From NCBI GenBank assembly GCA_028023455.1, contig JAQFVV010000003.1, forward strand, positions 23,498,001-23,562,000: a stretch of DNA of 64,000 nt, in the 5' to 3' direction. The DNA comes from Epiperipatus broadwayi (Eukaryota > Animalia > Onychophora). Below the pieces are notes generated by a model that was given only the letters and a program-made list of their open reading frames with translations, was not told the DNA's origin and did no database searches. Both the position numbers and the translations under genes were made by a program. Shown here one piece after another: positions 1 through 12,465 of the stretch. Within the stretch, counting starts at the first letter, position 1. Every line of letters starts with the position of its first letter.

Positions 1-879
1 ATAAAATAAACATTTAAAACATATGAACAAACTGTAAAATAAATTTAGTTTATAGTCAAATACAAAGATATAAGTGCTGCCCCATTGTTCTAAGAATATG
101 TAGAAAAACAGAGAGATTACGTCTTGAGTTTAATTGACTTTTTATAAAAAATGATACGTCTGATCTATTAATTATGTGCATATCTGGAATTAAATGGAAT
201 ATATCTTCTGGGTTCTTTTTGCATAGGGCATATGTAAGATTAAAATTAAACATAATTCTAAAAATGAGTTATTATTTAATAGGAATAGCACTTTGAAGAA
301 GATTGATTAAGAATAATAATGAAATTAAATCTACAAAATTTTTGGAATTGTATAAAGTTTTAGCAAAAGAAACTGATGTTCAGAGATTCCACTATAATTA
401 TAAATGACATTTTACAGTAATCCAACATTCAATCATGATTATCAAGAGTAAAATCTTTAAAGAAAGTTATTCCAACATCAGCATATAGTAATATATATAT
501 ATAATTATTACAATTTAATCTCTAAGCATCAAAATTTCTGCACCTACAATTTACCGCTTTTAGATTACTGCTAATTATTTACAAAATTATTATACCATTC
601 TTAGCCCAGATACAAACTTAAGCAAATTAATGGATTAAAATAAACCTTTTTTCAATGCAGATATGTATTTTATTTATGGTGAAGATTAAAATTGTTTGAA
701 ACAGAATTCATTTCAACTATTTTTACAAATGTGTTGTGAATTACATTAATTAACAATAATTAATAAGAAAAACTTCAGATATGTAATTTCAGAATAGTTG
801 AATTATCTATTGTAATATTCATTAAATTTTTCAAAAATGTATAATAAGAAAGCAGACTGTTAATCATGACCCTACTGAT

Positions 880-1340
880 TTAAATTTTCAATATGGGGGA
901 TTAAAGCTTCGGTGAAAATGGCCTAATTCTGTCATTAAATTTGTTCAGCAATAATTGGTTTAATAAACATTAACTTAATTTTAAATTTTTAAGGATTGAT
1001 GTGATACATAAAAATATCCGTGACCTAATATTAAAGACAGCTGAAACTCTTTCCTTAGAAACTTGCTACAATGATGATTTATTTGGCTACAGTAATGATA
1101 TTGTTATTTAATATGCTCAGAACCTGCTGAAATGTTTACAAGATCTCTTGATATAAATACTTCATATGGATGAATATAACGTTTCTTAGCCAAATAGTTC
1201 TATTGTTAGGATGATTGTAAATACAAAGCATTACATACAGGTGATGAGATGAACCCACTTCAAAAGACCATAAGCAGCTTTGAAATCTATATAATATGCC
1301 ATAACATGTGCAATTGTTCGATTCAGCAAGAATAATGACA
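880..1340 (-). mobile_element. Degraded LINE (RTE-like) reverse transcriptase relic
   Basis: Minus strand around 1250-1320 reads ..AYYIDFKAAYGLLKW.., matching the RT motif (F/Y)IDFKxAYDSV. Surrounding frames are broken by stops. Confidence 0.45.
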
Positions 1341-3016
1341 TCCTGCATTATCAAAATATCTTGGGATGCAAAATAACTTTTTTAAAACATAATGTAAAAT
1401 GATTAACATTGGTAGAATTATCTTATTTAGTTTTTTTAAAGAAGGTTATGTGCAAAAAATTTTTGATCAATATCTTTTAGTGCAACTGTTTTCAAATTGT
1501 CAACTGAAACTTACTTTTTTCAGATAATAGATAATGCAGGTTGGCAGCCCAAGTAGAGCAATGCCATATGTTGATTATAACAAACTTATCTCAATGCAGT
1601 TTAAAGACTTATAAATACTATATGGAAGGGATCAGGCACTTGCAAAAAAAATTTTATGAGTAATTTCATTCCATGAAGTTAATATATCAGAAGAGAGAGA
1701 GAGAGAAAGAGAGAGAGAGAGCTTAATCATTAAGTACAGTAAGATTAGGATCAACAATATCTTAGAAAATCAAAGGATTAGTTACAAGTAGCAAAGAATC
1801 TCTGATGCATAGACATGGTCTAGTACAATTTATTGGGATTTTTTATATTTTGATAAGATAATTCTATATAATCTTAAGATTATAATATTTAGTTTAATGA
1901 GGAGGCAGGGGTAGTTAGCTTTATTTGGGAGCTTATGGATTGAAGAAATAATTGTTTTGAAATGTGAAATAGAACTATGTGCTGAATTAATTCATTGAGA
2001 TATGATATATGTATATCTTTTGAATTGAAAATAGTAAATTAATATTTTAGATATAATTTTAAAATTGCATCTGCATCTAACTATTTCTAAATGCACTTGG
2101 TTTTTATTAGTGGATGAATTCCTCATCTTGACATCATCATATAATGAGGAAGGCTGTCTGACTTACTGTGCTGGTAGAAGATCACTACATGGTGGGCATG
2201 AGATAAGGAATGCATTTATAAAAACTATAAAATCTGAAAAAATGTTTGGATAAGTTAAAATAATTAGCAATCATAATGATATTGGAGATATCATCTAGTA
2301 TTAATGTAAATTTATCCTAGATTAGTTTATTTATTGTAAAATTTTGTTATTAAGTTCTTATAATCTCAGTTTAACCAATGTGTGATCAAGAACTTACAGA
2401 GGAGACCTAGATATAGGATTTAAAACAAGAGATGACAGAGAAAAAAATCAATTAATGAGGTTCTATATTTTTAATAAAGTTAAGTGTACCTGAAGAAAGT
2501 GTTTGGAGAACTAAGTGATGAATCTCAATTATGATAGTGAAAGCAGATGGTAATAAATACAATTAAAATTATTACAGAGAATAGTTATATCTGGGGCATA
2601 TAATAATGAGAAATACACTATATGCTTTTTACTTTATTAGGAGAATAGATGGAAATTACATACAATTGTTTAAAGAAATAAATAATAAAAAAATCACAGT
2701 TGGATTCATGAAAAGTGTAGACCTCAATTTTTTTTTCTTTAAAAAACTTTGAAGACTAATAGTTTTATAATGTTTGCCTTAATATATTTGTTAATTTAAT
2801 AAATAAAATGCAAATTTTAGTGTTATGACTCAACTTTTTGAGTACTGAGTCATACAAAAAAAAGATAAAATATCTGAAGAAAATGCTATTACAACATCAT
2901 TTACTTAACATCTAGAAGAATAGCATATAAAAATTATAATTTTCATTTTAAATGCATCTTCTATAAACTTAAACAATCAATAAAAAATAGATGATATAGT
3001 GCTATCATGTTCATAT

Positions 3017-3081
3017 CCCCAGACTAGTTTCTAGCTTATGTTATCATCTATGGAGATGATGATTTAAAGCTGAAACTAGTA
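3017..3081. ncRNA. Inverted pair of 5'-truncated hammerhead relics (family B-like)
   Basis: Minus 3048-3017: GATGA TAAC ATAA GCTA GAAA CTAG TC TGGGG. Plus 3055-3081: GATGA TGAT TTAA AGCT GAAA CTAG TA. The two form a hairpin around tatgga. Confidence 0.55.
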
Positions 3082-3689
3082 CACTTATGTATAACATCCA
3101 CTTTCACTTCTCCATACTAATCAAGATTTAGAACTTGCATAGTTATATAGATTTAGATAATCGTGCAAGTGAACTTGGATTTTTTTTTTTTATATTTTTA
3201 GGCTATTAGCTTAAATAGCAGAAAAGAGTAAAGGAAAGGATGTATTGTACCACTGTACCATTTGAAATAATATCCCTTGATTATTCAAGCTTATTCATAG
3301 ATAGCTCTGGAATAGAGTGAAACAAACTATATGAATAAACATATAAGAAAGTTATGTGATATTGCTGTATATTAAAATAAAAGACTGACAAAACTATGGG
3401 ATATGAGAGTATATGATTCTCTTAAGTAGATAACAATCTTAATAGAACCATTTGGAAGCCATATGCTTAGAAATATATATTAACTCATTAATTACAAGAA
3501 TAAAATAAGAATTTCACTCAATTGTTTTCAGAACATTGAGTGTATTCTGATGATTTATTATTAAACCTATCATGTGTTAAGGTCATATGTGAAGAATTTC
3601 AAAAAGTTAATGATTCATCTATTCAAACAAATGCAAAAGTAAATAGAGCGATTTGAATTTAAATTTTTTTCCAGTCTATATCTCAAATA

Positions 3690-3920
3690 ACTGATAATCA
3701 TTACCACATACATGTGAAAAAGATATATCATTCCCAACATTCGTATTTTATGTAGAACCAGCATTCACCAATTGGGACAGACTAACCACACAGATATACA
3801 GTCAGTGCTTGTCTTATATTAAGATAGCAATTCCTGAAATTTTAATGGACAAACTTCAATATTCTCACCTTCCAACTTATACACCCATCCATCAATGGAA
3901 AATCAATGATGGAATGCTCA
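3690..3920 (-). mobile_element. HHR repeat family A, copy A1 (degenerate HHR at 3734-3775)
   Basis: Reverse complement: CCAA TTGGTGA ATGCTG GTT CTACAT AAAA TACGAA TG TTGG. Flanks align with copies at 3957-4410 and 46375-46690. Confidence 0.7.
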
Positions 3921-3956
3921 AGGCTCTTATTGGATTTAATATTGTAGTCATACCCA

Positions 3957-4180
3957 TGAGCATTCTATCATTGGATTTTCAATAAAGTGAATGGCTGAAT
4001 AGTTGGAAGAATGAGAAGATAGAAGTCTGTCTATTAAAGTTTAAGGAATTGCTATCTTAATATAAGTCAAACACTGATTGTATATATATATATATTAAAA
4101 GGTGTGAAGGTTGCCTTGACAGCAGTTAGAAATATTGGTTGCTATATTTACTGTGAATGTTTAGGTGGTTACTGGTTGGA

Positions 4181-4268
<88 letters not shown>

Positions 4269-4410
4269 GAGATTATGATCTGGCCCAACTGATGAGGGCT
4301 GGTTCTGCATGAAATATGTATATTGGAGATCATCTATCTTTTCCACATGTATGTAGGCATATATATCAGTTGTGTGAGATGGAGTGGAGGATGAATATGG
4401 ATTGGAAAAA
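3957..4410 (+). mobile_element. HHR repeat family A, copy A2 (HHR at 4285-4326), head-to-head with A1
   Basis: CCAA CTGATGA GGGCTG GTT CTGCAT GAAA TATGTA TA TTGG. Bases 3957-4040 are the diverged reverse complement of 3840-3920. Confidence 0.8.
4184..4266. repeat. (TA)n microsatellite inside family A copy A2
   Basis: Near-perfect TA run with one interruption. It lies where other family A copies have a short TA stretch just upstream of the HHR. Confidence 0.95.
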
Positions 4411-6015
4411 TCCTATTCTGAATGAATAGGCTGATTACAAATGCAAGAGTAGTAAAACAATTAACAATAGGGCTTAAATGTGCCATTGGGTATCAAACTA
4501 GTTCTGTGGTTTTTACAAGAGTACTGCTAATATTTCCAAGATAATAACAAAGAAACTATTAAATCACAATAAAAATATAAATAATTATTGTTTGGGAAGT
4601 TATATTGAGATAATCAAGCACTAAAGTGGCAGTTGGGGCTTAAAACCAGGAACCTTTACCATAATCTGCACCAAAATATATAAATATATATGTATATAGA
4701 AGCATTCATAATATACTGTTATTTAAATTAAAAGTTTCAATACAATAGCCATAAAATGCATATTACCAAACAGACAAGAGTATAGCATATAAAAATTATA
4801 TAAAATAATCCAATTATTTTAAATTTAAGACAAGATTTTAATAATCTTTAACATGGAAGAGTTATGTTTCCTGGATTAATATAACCCTATAAATGGTAAA
4901 TAAAACCAATAGTATAGTAAAAGCATATACATCTGATCACTCTTTTTATTTGCCATCTATTGCTATCTTGTCTATTTCTACATTTCACATGTCCATACTC
5001 TATGTAATATATATAAAATACATATTTTATATATTCATATATATATATAGAACTTCTATGATAATGTTATAATGCTAAGGATTTAATATACTAATACCTA
5101 ATATATCTATCATATTACTCATACCAAAATCAAGAAATTCACACATAAAAGATTTGGGTTATTGCATACAATAATGTAAGTAATCTAATTAGAATATAGT
5201 ATTAAATGTTAAGTATAAAAATGCATAAAAACTTGAATATCATAGATTTATTCAGGAAATAGTGCATTCAAAATATTGAAATTACTTCAAGTTCTAAGAA
5301 AATATCAAATGCATCTAAAATTCATGATTGATTTCCTGTATGAGACATTCCAAACAAGTCTTTTTTTAAACTAATCTTTCAGCTTGAACTTTGATGAATC
5401 ATTCTTTCATGATAGAGAAACAATGTTATATCTACTTGAAAAATGAAAAATATTTAAAGAATAATTAATATCAGTAATTTTTTAAGACATTTATTGTTGA
5501 TTCAAAGCATTAAATGCTGAAACATTTAGTTTAATCCACATATAGTTCTAATTTTATTGCAGTAGTCTGGTTAGAAATTGAAATTCACAGTTAGTAACAA
5601 ATTTTATAAAATGTTCATTTTAAATACAAATATGTGCAGTTGTTCTAATAAATATATACATGTGTTTTAATATGTATATAGTACACACCCATATAATAAA
5701 ATTTATTACTAGTACAGTACATATATTCAAAAATAAAATTAACAACAAAAAAGTAAGTTTGATAAATATTTATAAATTAATAGCCTAATTACAATAAACT
5801 GCCATTTTGATCTTTTCTATTTTAGTCCAATATCTCTATTTAAAAAAAAAATGTTTTCAATTTTTTAAAATACATTACATTGAATTGTTAATTAGGAAAA
5901 GAATACAGTGAACAAACTGATCTGCACTTTAAACAAGGATGTAAACAGAAGAAAATACCATAATAAAAACAATTGTAAATTTCATTTTTTTATAAAAAAG
6001 TTACATTAATTTAAA

Positions 6016-6535
6016 TTTGCCCATACATAAATGTTTGAATCAAAAAGATAGATGGATTCATTCTATCTTTTCACAATAACTTTAACTTGTGTTTGGAAAG
6101 TGGGAGTATTCATTTATATAGTTAAATCTACAAAGTGCATGTGCATTAGCTTATTGGCTTATTAATATTACAGTTTATAAAAACATCATGCTATATAAAA
6201 TAAATGTCTTATTCACATATGCTTAATTTAATAAGAATGATGTATTGTAAATTCTAAAAATTTTGCAAGTGTCATTCATTCACATAGTAAAAAAATAATT
6301 TAAAGAGATAAATTAACATCTTCATGCTCTCATTTCCAAACACTTAAGGTTTGCTCATACATAAACATTTGGGTCAAAAAGATAGATGGATTCAATCTAT
6401 CTTTTCACAAAGACTTTATCTTGTGTTTGGAAAGTGGGAGTATTCATTTATATAGTTAAATCTACAAAGTGCATGTGCATTAGCTTATTAATATTACTGT
6501 TTATAAAAACATCGCACTATATAAAATAAATGTCT
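6016..6535 (+). repeat. Direct duplication of about 190 bp (6016-6209 and 6350-6535)
   Basis: Both copies share tcaaaaagatagatggattc..cttgtgtttggaaagtgggagtattcatttatatagttaaatctacaaagtgcatgtgcattagcttatt..ctatataaaataaatgtct with few differences. Confidence 0.9.
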
Positions 6536-6988
6536 ACTTAACTTAAATAATCATTTTTAATTTTTTCAGAGCTCTAAAATGTTACTATGTCTATAGTCCA
6601 TTTACAGAAATTGAACGCCTTAAAATGATTTAATTTTTCTCTCTCACTAATTTCTTAATCTTTTTTTTTAATTGTGGGTAAGTGAAATCATGGTTATGAA
6701 GATTATAAATATGGATAAAATATTGTATTATTGGAAATTTGATCTATCAAATATAAATTTGTATGGAATAATAAAAAAATCTAATGCATTGAAGATATTT
6801 TTAAATATTATTTGTTGCTTGGAGTGTTATACAATATTTAGCAGACTTACCATCCTATTAATAAAACTAATATATATATTTATTAAATGCTTTTATTTAA
6901 GTTACTATATTTGTTTTGTTAGTTTGTTTGTAAACACTTGCAAACATTATTATATTTAAGTTAGAATAAAATTTTAAAATTGAGGTTT

Positions 6989-7293
6989 AATAGATTTAAG
7001 TTCAATATATTTTGAAATTTGATATATTTCTTTGCAATCATTATTAAAATGATAGGGCACTATAAAAATGTAGAATATTTTGATATCAAATTTAAAAGTC
7101 ATTCATAAAACTTCAATATATTTTAAGTAAGACCACAAGCAGGCAATATAGATATTTTTTGTTTAAATTGAAAGCTTGAGTAAAATTATAATAGCATTTA
7201 GAAATTTAGATTAAATAGATTTAAATTCATTATAGTTTGTTGAAATTTGATACATTTCTTCTAAATCACTGTCAAAATGATAGGACACTATAA
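6989..7293 (+). repeat. Diverged direct duplication (about 6989-7075 and 7214-7293)
   Basis: aatagatttaa..tgaaatttgata.atttctt..aatca..aaaatgatagg.cactataa occurs twice. Confidence 0.6.
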
Positions 7294-7520
7294 TATTTTA
7301 ATTAAGTGATCTACTTTAGGTGGCAGAAATTAAAGTATATTATACATATTAAGAGAAGTTTATTTACAATAAAGTTTGATAAGCATTTTTTAAAAAATTT
7401 TTTATTCAAAACCAAAAATGTCAAACACTTTTTCACTTAAAAGGATATTTTTATATTTTAAGTCATTTTATGTACACATACTACATATGATATATACATA
7501 AACTATAATTGATTTAGAGT

Positions 7521-7554
7521 ATTAAACAGGCAAAACTCTCTATACAGGAGTGCC
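7521..7554 (+). mobile_element. Solo copy of the TIR of the MITE at 31691-32048
   Basis: attaaacaggcaaaactctctatacaggagtgcc versus attaaaacaggcaaaactctccatatagtagtgcc. Confidence 0.6.
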
Positions 7555-7643
7555 TAAGAGATAGTGATCATGTGATGTTTAGTGATTTAGAGTATAATAT
7601 AGTTTTACATTTTTATTTATTGTTCCAGTACTAAAAAGTTTAA

Positions 7644-7966
7644 AGTAAATAGAGATATTTTTTATATTAAATGCTTTTATTTACTATGCACTAAAAAGCA
7701 AAAAATAATTGTTTCTTCAACCATAATTAGTGTTTATAGATTTAACTCGAAATAAAAGTGCAGAGTCAAAAAACTTTAAATAAAAGCATGGGAAGTCCAG
7801 AAATTAATTGAGTCAATTCCTATTTTTTATAACAAAGGATTGATTTAATTCATTTCTGGATTCCCCTGCTTTTATTTTGATTGTGATTGAAGAAACAACT
7901 ATTTTTTTGCTTTTTAGTGCATGTTAAATAAAAGTGTTTAATAAATTTTTTTATCTCTACTTATTT
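7644..7966. mobile_element. MITE-like imperfect foldback
   Basis: Outer arms tgcactaaaaagcaaaaaataattgtttcttcaa / ttgaagaaacaactatttttttgctttttagtgca. Inner arms aataaaagcatgggaagtccagaaat / atttctggattcccctgcttttatt. Confidence 0.7.
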
Positions 7967-9723
7967 ACATTTTTCATTTGCAAATTGATTCATTAGGTTT
8001 TAATTAATTCTTAAATTTATCATTATTTTATTATGCTAAACTACATAACTAATTATAATTATATGGTTAATCATTCAGAGATCATGTGATCGATAATCAC
8101 TCAAATGACAAATTGAATACTACAGTTTTATTTATTAGGCCCATGTATGGTTCAATAAGTTTAAAAATGAAAAAGATGAATGGAACAGAATTAATAAAAA
8201 AATAATGTTGAAAAATTCAAAAAAGTGGAAGAACTATTAGAAAAATCAGAGAAATATTTTGTAAAATGACTATAATAAGCAAAAAAAAATTTAGTCAGTT
8301 GAATGGAAGTGTTTAGTTCAGTTTGATATTTTGACATCTGAATATAATTTGATCTCCCAAACAGCTGATTATCAAATTATTTTATTTTTAGTAAGAAAAA
8401 AGGATGAAGTTGGTAAATTATTTTAAATAAGAAAATCAGTATGTGTGTTTGTGAAGTTTTTCCTTTGAAGCATACTAAATGATATGCTCTAACATACTAT
8501 GGTAAAACAGCGTGGTGTCAGAGCAGAATGATTTCTTTGCATTATCAAGCAATGAGTGCTTCTGATAAAATTAAGATTAAAGTTTATTTAAAAATACATT
8601 TCAAATCTGCATTTGATCAGTATATTAATGATGTAAGTGAGTGCTATGATCTGGCATTAATAATTCATCAACCATGCAATAAATTGATAGTGTTTCTACT
8701 CTTACAATTTTTCACTATTCAGAGTCACATGACTATCTTTAATAAACTTTGTACCTTAGTATAAGTTACTTTTTAAGACAAGTGATACACTTTGTAAGAA
8801 ATCTTTAAATACACTTTTATAATAAATACTTTGTTTTGGAATTTCATAATTTGCTGTCTTTGTTTTATCTATGCAATTTATCATTAGGTACATTTTAGTT
8901 TTCAAGTGGAAATGTAGAAGCATGCTACTTGCAGTAAGGGTTATATACAGGAAGATTGCCATCCATCCAAAACCAATGATTACTTTGAAATTTATTTACT
9001 TTTTTAATTAGAGAATTGATGAGAGCATTCCTCTTTTCTGCATATTTCAGCATCATCTTTGGTAAGCTTGAGATTTCAGTGTTTCTCAAGTCATAATATA
9101 TTTTAATCCCAACCTCATACTGATTTCTGAATTTTATCTTTATCAATGAGGACTTGGAAATAAAAATTTGAAATCGGTATAGATATTATTATTGTTGGGC
9201 TTTTTTTTTTGCTAATTAGCTAAAAGTCTGAAATTAAAAAAAGCAAAACAAAATTTTTAAACTCAAATCATACTCATTTTGATCAAATAAATGGAACTAT
9301 AGTATTCAAAATGCATTTGTCTGCTGCATATTTATCACATGATCTCTTGAGTATTAACTACATGATTAATGTCACTCTCTGTAGTTTAGTGCAAAGCAGA
9401 ATGACAGAATTAAGGGATATGTTAAAAATAATCTTCCTATAATCATTATCATTAAAACATGACATTCAGACATTTTACTAATTATTCAATTATTTATCCA
9501 CATATATTTATATACTACTTTTTATCATAATTGTAGTCTAATGCCAACATATATGTTATTATTGAGCTTATTAAAGTTAGATATTTTTTAAAGCTTAGTT
9601 GCTATATATAATTATTCTTTTGCATTTATTAAAACATATATATATAACGAAACTTAAATATATTCCAAACAACGGTAAACAATTTATAATACAATATAAA
9701 TAAAAACTCAATAAAAACTCATA

Positions 9724-9763
9724 AAGAAATATTTTCGATTATATTCATAATCATTTTCAACTC
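9724..9763 (-). ncRNA. Mirror copy of the PLE variant hammerhead
   Basis: Exact reverse complement of 11605-11644. Confidence 0.55.
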
Positions 9764-9917
9764 AACTTTCAAAATGGAATCATGTATTACCAACCGGAAA
9801 CACACGTCTATTTAAATATCCCACAATTCATTAATCCTAACATTTGCTGACTGTCTGTTTATTATCGTATTTTTATACCTACTAATAAAAACTGCCTCTT
9901 TAATTTTTCTTTTTTCA

Positions 9918-10667
9918 TTATCTCTCTCTTGGCCTAAATTTTTTTATTTTATTTATATCAAAATTAAACTTAAAATTACAATTTCTATCATGATCATAAA
10001 AAACAGATTCAGTATATAACTTGACTTCATTACTATTATCATTACATATCTGTACATTTTTCAAAACTCTTTTATATAACAATTTATGTTCTTTAATTCT
10101 TTTCTCTATATTACATCTAGATTCCCCTACATATGATAAGTTACACCCACAAAAAATTCTATAAATTATATTACTCACGTTATTTTTTTCTAACTTATCT
10201 TTTGAATTATTAACCATTCTATTTAAATTACCTGATCCATAAAAAGAAACATTATATATACCATTATAAACTTTTTTCATAAATTTTACTTGATTATTAT
10301 TATAAAAAGGCAAAGAAATCCACTTCTTACTCTTAATTTCTTCATCACCAGTATTTCTATTAATTTTCTTACTAAATTGACAAACCACTTGATAAATTTC
10401 TTTTATATTATAACCTACACTTAATAATTCACTTACATAATTTTCAATATTTTTCTTTTTATCACATGCATATTTACACAAAATATTATTTCTATACAAA
10501 AAAGACCTAAAACCAGCCATTTTATAATTATGTGGCACTTTAGATAAATAGGGAATATACCCTCTAGTTTCAATAGGTTTAATAAACAATTTATAGTCAA
10601 TCATATTATTGTTCCTTGAAATTATCAAATCTAAATATTTAATACTGTTATTATATTCTTTCTCCAT
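9918..10667 (-). pseudogene. PLE RT thumb plus GIY-YIG endonuclease, left arm (1 nt frameshift near the C-terminus)
   Basis: TMEKEYNNSIKYLDLIISR..YKLFIKP..YIPYLS is the end of a PLE RT. NIIYRIFCGCNLSYVGES..IEKRIKEH..DH is a GIY-YIG with CCHH residues. The ATG is internal to a truncated ORF. Confidence 0.88.
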
Positions 10668-10702
10668 AGTCCAAATAAGACCTTTTAATTTATTTCTGGA
10701 CT

Positions 10703-11556
10703 ATGGAGAAAGAATATAATAACAGTATTAAATATTTAGATTTGATAATTTCAAGGAACAATAATATGATTGACTATAAATTGTTTATTAAACCTATTGA
10801 AACTAGAGGGTATATTCCCTATTTATCTAAAGTGCCACATAATTATAAAATGGCTGGTTTTAGGTCTTTTTGTATAGAAATAATATTTTGTGTAAATATG
10901 CATGTGATAAAAAGAAAAATATTGAAAATTATGTAAGTGAATTATTAAGTGTAGGTTATAATATAAAAGAAATTTATCAAGTGGTTTGTCAATTTAGTAA
11001 GAAAATTAATAGAAATACTGGTGATGAAGAAATTAAGAGTAAGAAGTGGATTTCTTTGCCTTTTTATAATAATAATCAAGTAAAATTTATGAAAAAAGTT
11101 TATAATGGTATATATAATGTTTCTTTTTATGGATCAGGTAATTTAAATAGAATGGTTAATAATTCAAAAGATAAGTTAGAAAAAAATAACGTGAGTAATA
11201 TAATTTATAGAATTTTTTGTGGGTGTAACTTATCATATGTAGGGGAATCTAGATGTAATATAGAGAAAAGAATTAAAGAACATAAATTGTTATATAAAAG
11301 AGTTTTGAAAAATGTACAGATATGTAATGATAATAGTAATGAAGTCAAGTTATATACTGAATCTGTTTTTTATGATCATGATAGAAATTGTAATTTTAAG
11401 TTTAATTTTGATATAAATAAAATAAAAATTTTAGGCCAAGAGAGAGATAATGAAAAAAGAAAAATTAAAGAGGCAGTTTTTATTAGTAGGTATAAAAATA
11501 CGATAATAAACAGACAGTCAGCAAATGTTAGGATTAATGAATTGTGGGATATTTAA
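10703..11556 (+). pseudogene. PLE RT thumb plus GIY-YIG endonuclease, right arm (1 nt frameshift at about 10866-10870)
   Basis: Same protein as the left arm, split over ORFs 10703-10936 and 10870-11556 because a T run has 5 rather than 6 T. The C-terminus is intact: KILGQERDNEKRKIKEAVFI. Confidence 0.88.
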
Positions 11557-11604
11557 ATCGACATGTGTTTCCGGTTGGTAATACATGATTCCATTTTGAA
11601 AGTT

Positions 11605-11644
11605 GAGTTGAAAATGATTATGAATATAATCGAAAATATTTCTT
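11605..11644 (+). ncRNA. Candidate variant minimal hammerhead ribozyme in the PLE 3' UTR
   Basis: GAG TTGAAAA T GATTAT gaat ATAATC GAAA ATATT T CTT: perfect 6 bp stem II followed by GAAA, palindromic stem III AATATT, 3 bp stem I, core U3..A8. Confidence 0.55.
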
Positions 11645-12086
11645 TATGAGTTTTTATTGAGTTTTTATTTATATTGTATTATAAATTGTTTACCGTTGTT
11701 TGGAATATATTTAAGTTTTGTTATTGTATTATTGATATTAGCGGACATATATATATATTGCTCTGTTATCTATTAAAGATTAGGTATCTCAGAGGTTAAT
11801 TCCCATTAGTATATTTTTTTATATATATCTTATAAAATTTTTAAATGTAAACAATTAGTTCTTGGTTCCTCAAACATAGTTTTAATTGATATTTTGAAAT
11901 TTTTCTAAGATATGCAAATTTATTGCCCTAGATTAATAGTATCATAGTTATTGTCTAAAAAATATATAAATAAATATTAAACAATATACAAATAAAAATT
12001 AAAACTAAGTTTACAATAAATAAACTAAATTTTTTACATAAGAGCTTGCAAGTAAGCTCTTAACAAGCTTTGCAGAATATCCTCAA

Positions 12087-12124
12087 CCCCTGACCGATTT
12101 CTACTACTGGCTTCATCAATGAGG
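12087..12124 (-). ncRNA. Hammerhead B1 (degenerate)
   Basis: CCTCA TTGATGA AGC CAGTA GTA GAAA TCGG TC AGGGG. Confidence 0.6.
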
Positions 12125-12427
12125 CTGCCTAGCACTTTATTTAATGGATAACTATTAAGTAGAAAATCTGAAATTTTCAAACATCCATATGTCTTCCAAT
12201 CTAACTATGTAACTTAAATAGCCACATGGGACTGAACTAAGTTCAGATACACTATATAATAATAGCTTTGGCAATATAAAATTGCCAAAGCCTTAATATC
12301 AAAAAATAAAATTACAAATAAATCAAGTCAGATGTCACATGACCTAATTTAAACAAGCTTGTATTACAAATGTTTTATAAAGAGCTTGCAAATAAGCTCT
12401 TAACAAACTTTACAGAAATATCCTCAA

Positions 12428-12465
12428 CTCCAGATCTGTTTCTGTTACAGGCATCATCAGTTAGG
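12428..12465 (-). ncRNA. Hammerhead B2 (core intact, stems degenerate)
   Basis: CCTAA CTGATGA TGC CTGTA ACA GAAA CAGA TC TGGAG. Confidence 0.65.

Larger units (their letters stand above)
9645..11723. mobile_element. Penelope-like retroelement (PLE), 5'-truncated, duplicated as a head-to-head palindrome
   Basis: Arms 9645-10673 and 10697-11723 are near-identical reverse complements around a 23 nt spacer. Each encodes an RT C-terminus and a GIY-YIG endonuclease. Confidence 0.93.

Noticed and set aside
56-450. Coding-like degraded stretch at the window start
   Set aside because: Multiple stops and no motif I can name.
2380-2650. Possible RTE C-terminal relic (YLGHI-like)
   Set aside because: Too decayed to call by eye.
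8130-9200. Possible hAT transposase relics (GKTAWCQS on +; TLTASS on -)
   Set aside because: Only vague resemblance to the TRWxS and PxSSA motifs, on opposite strands, with no TIRs. Needs a translated HMM search.
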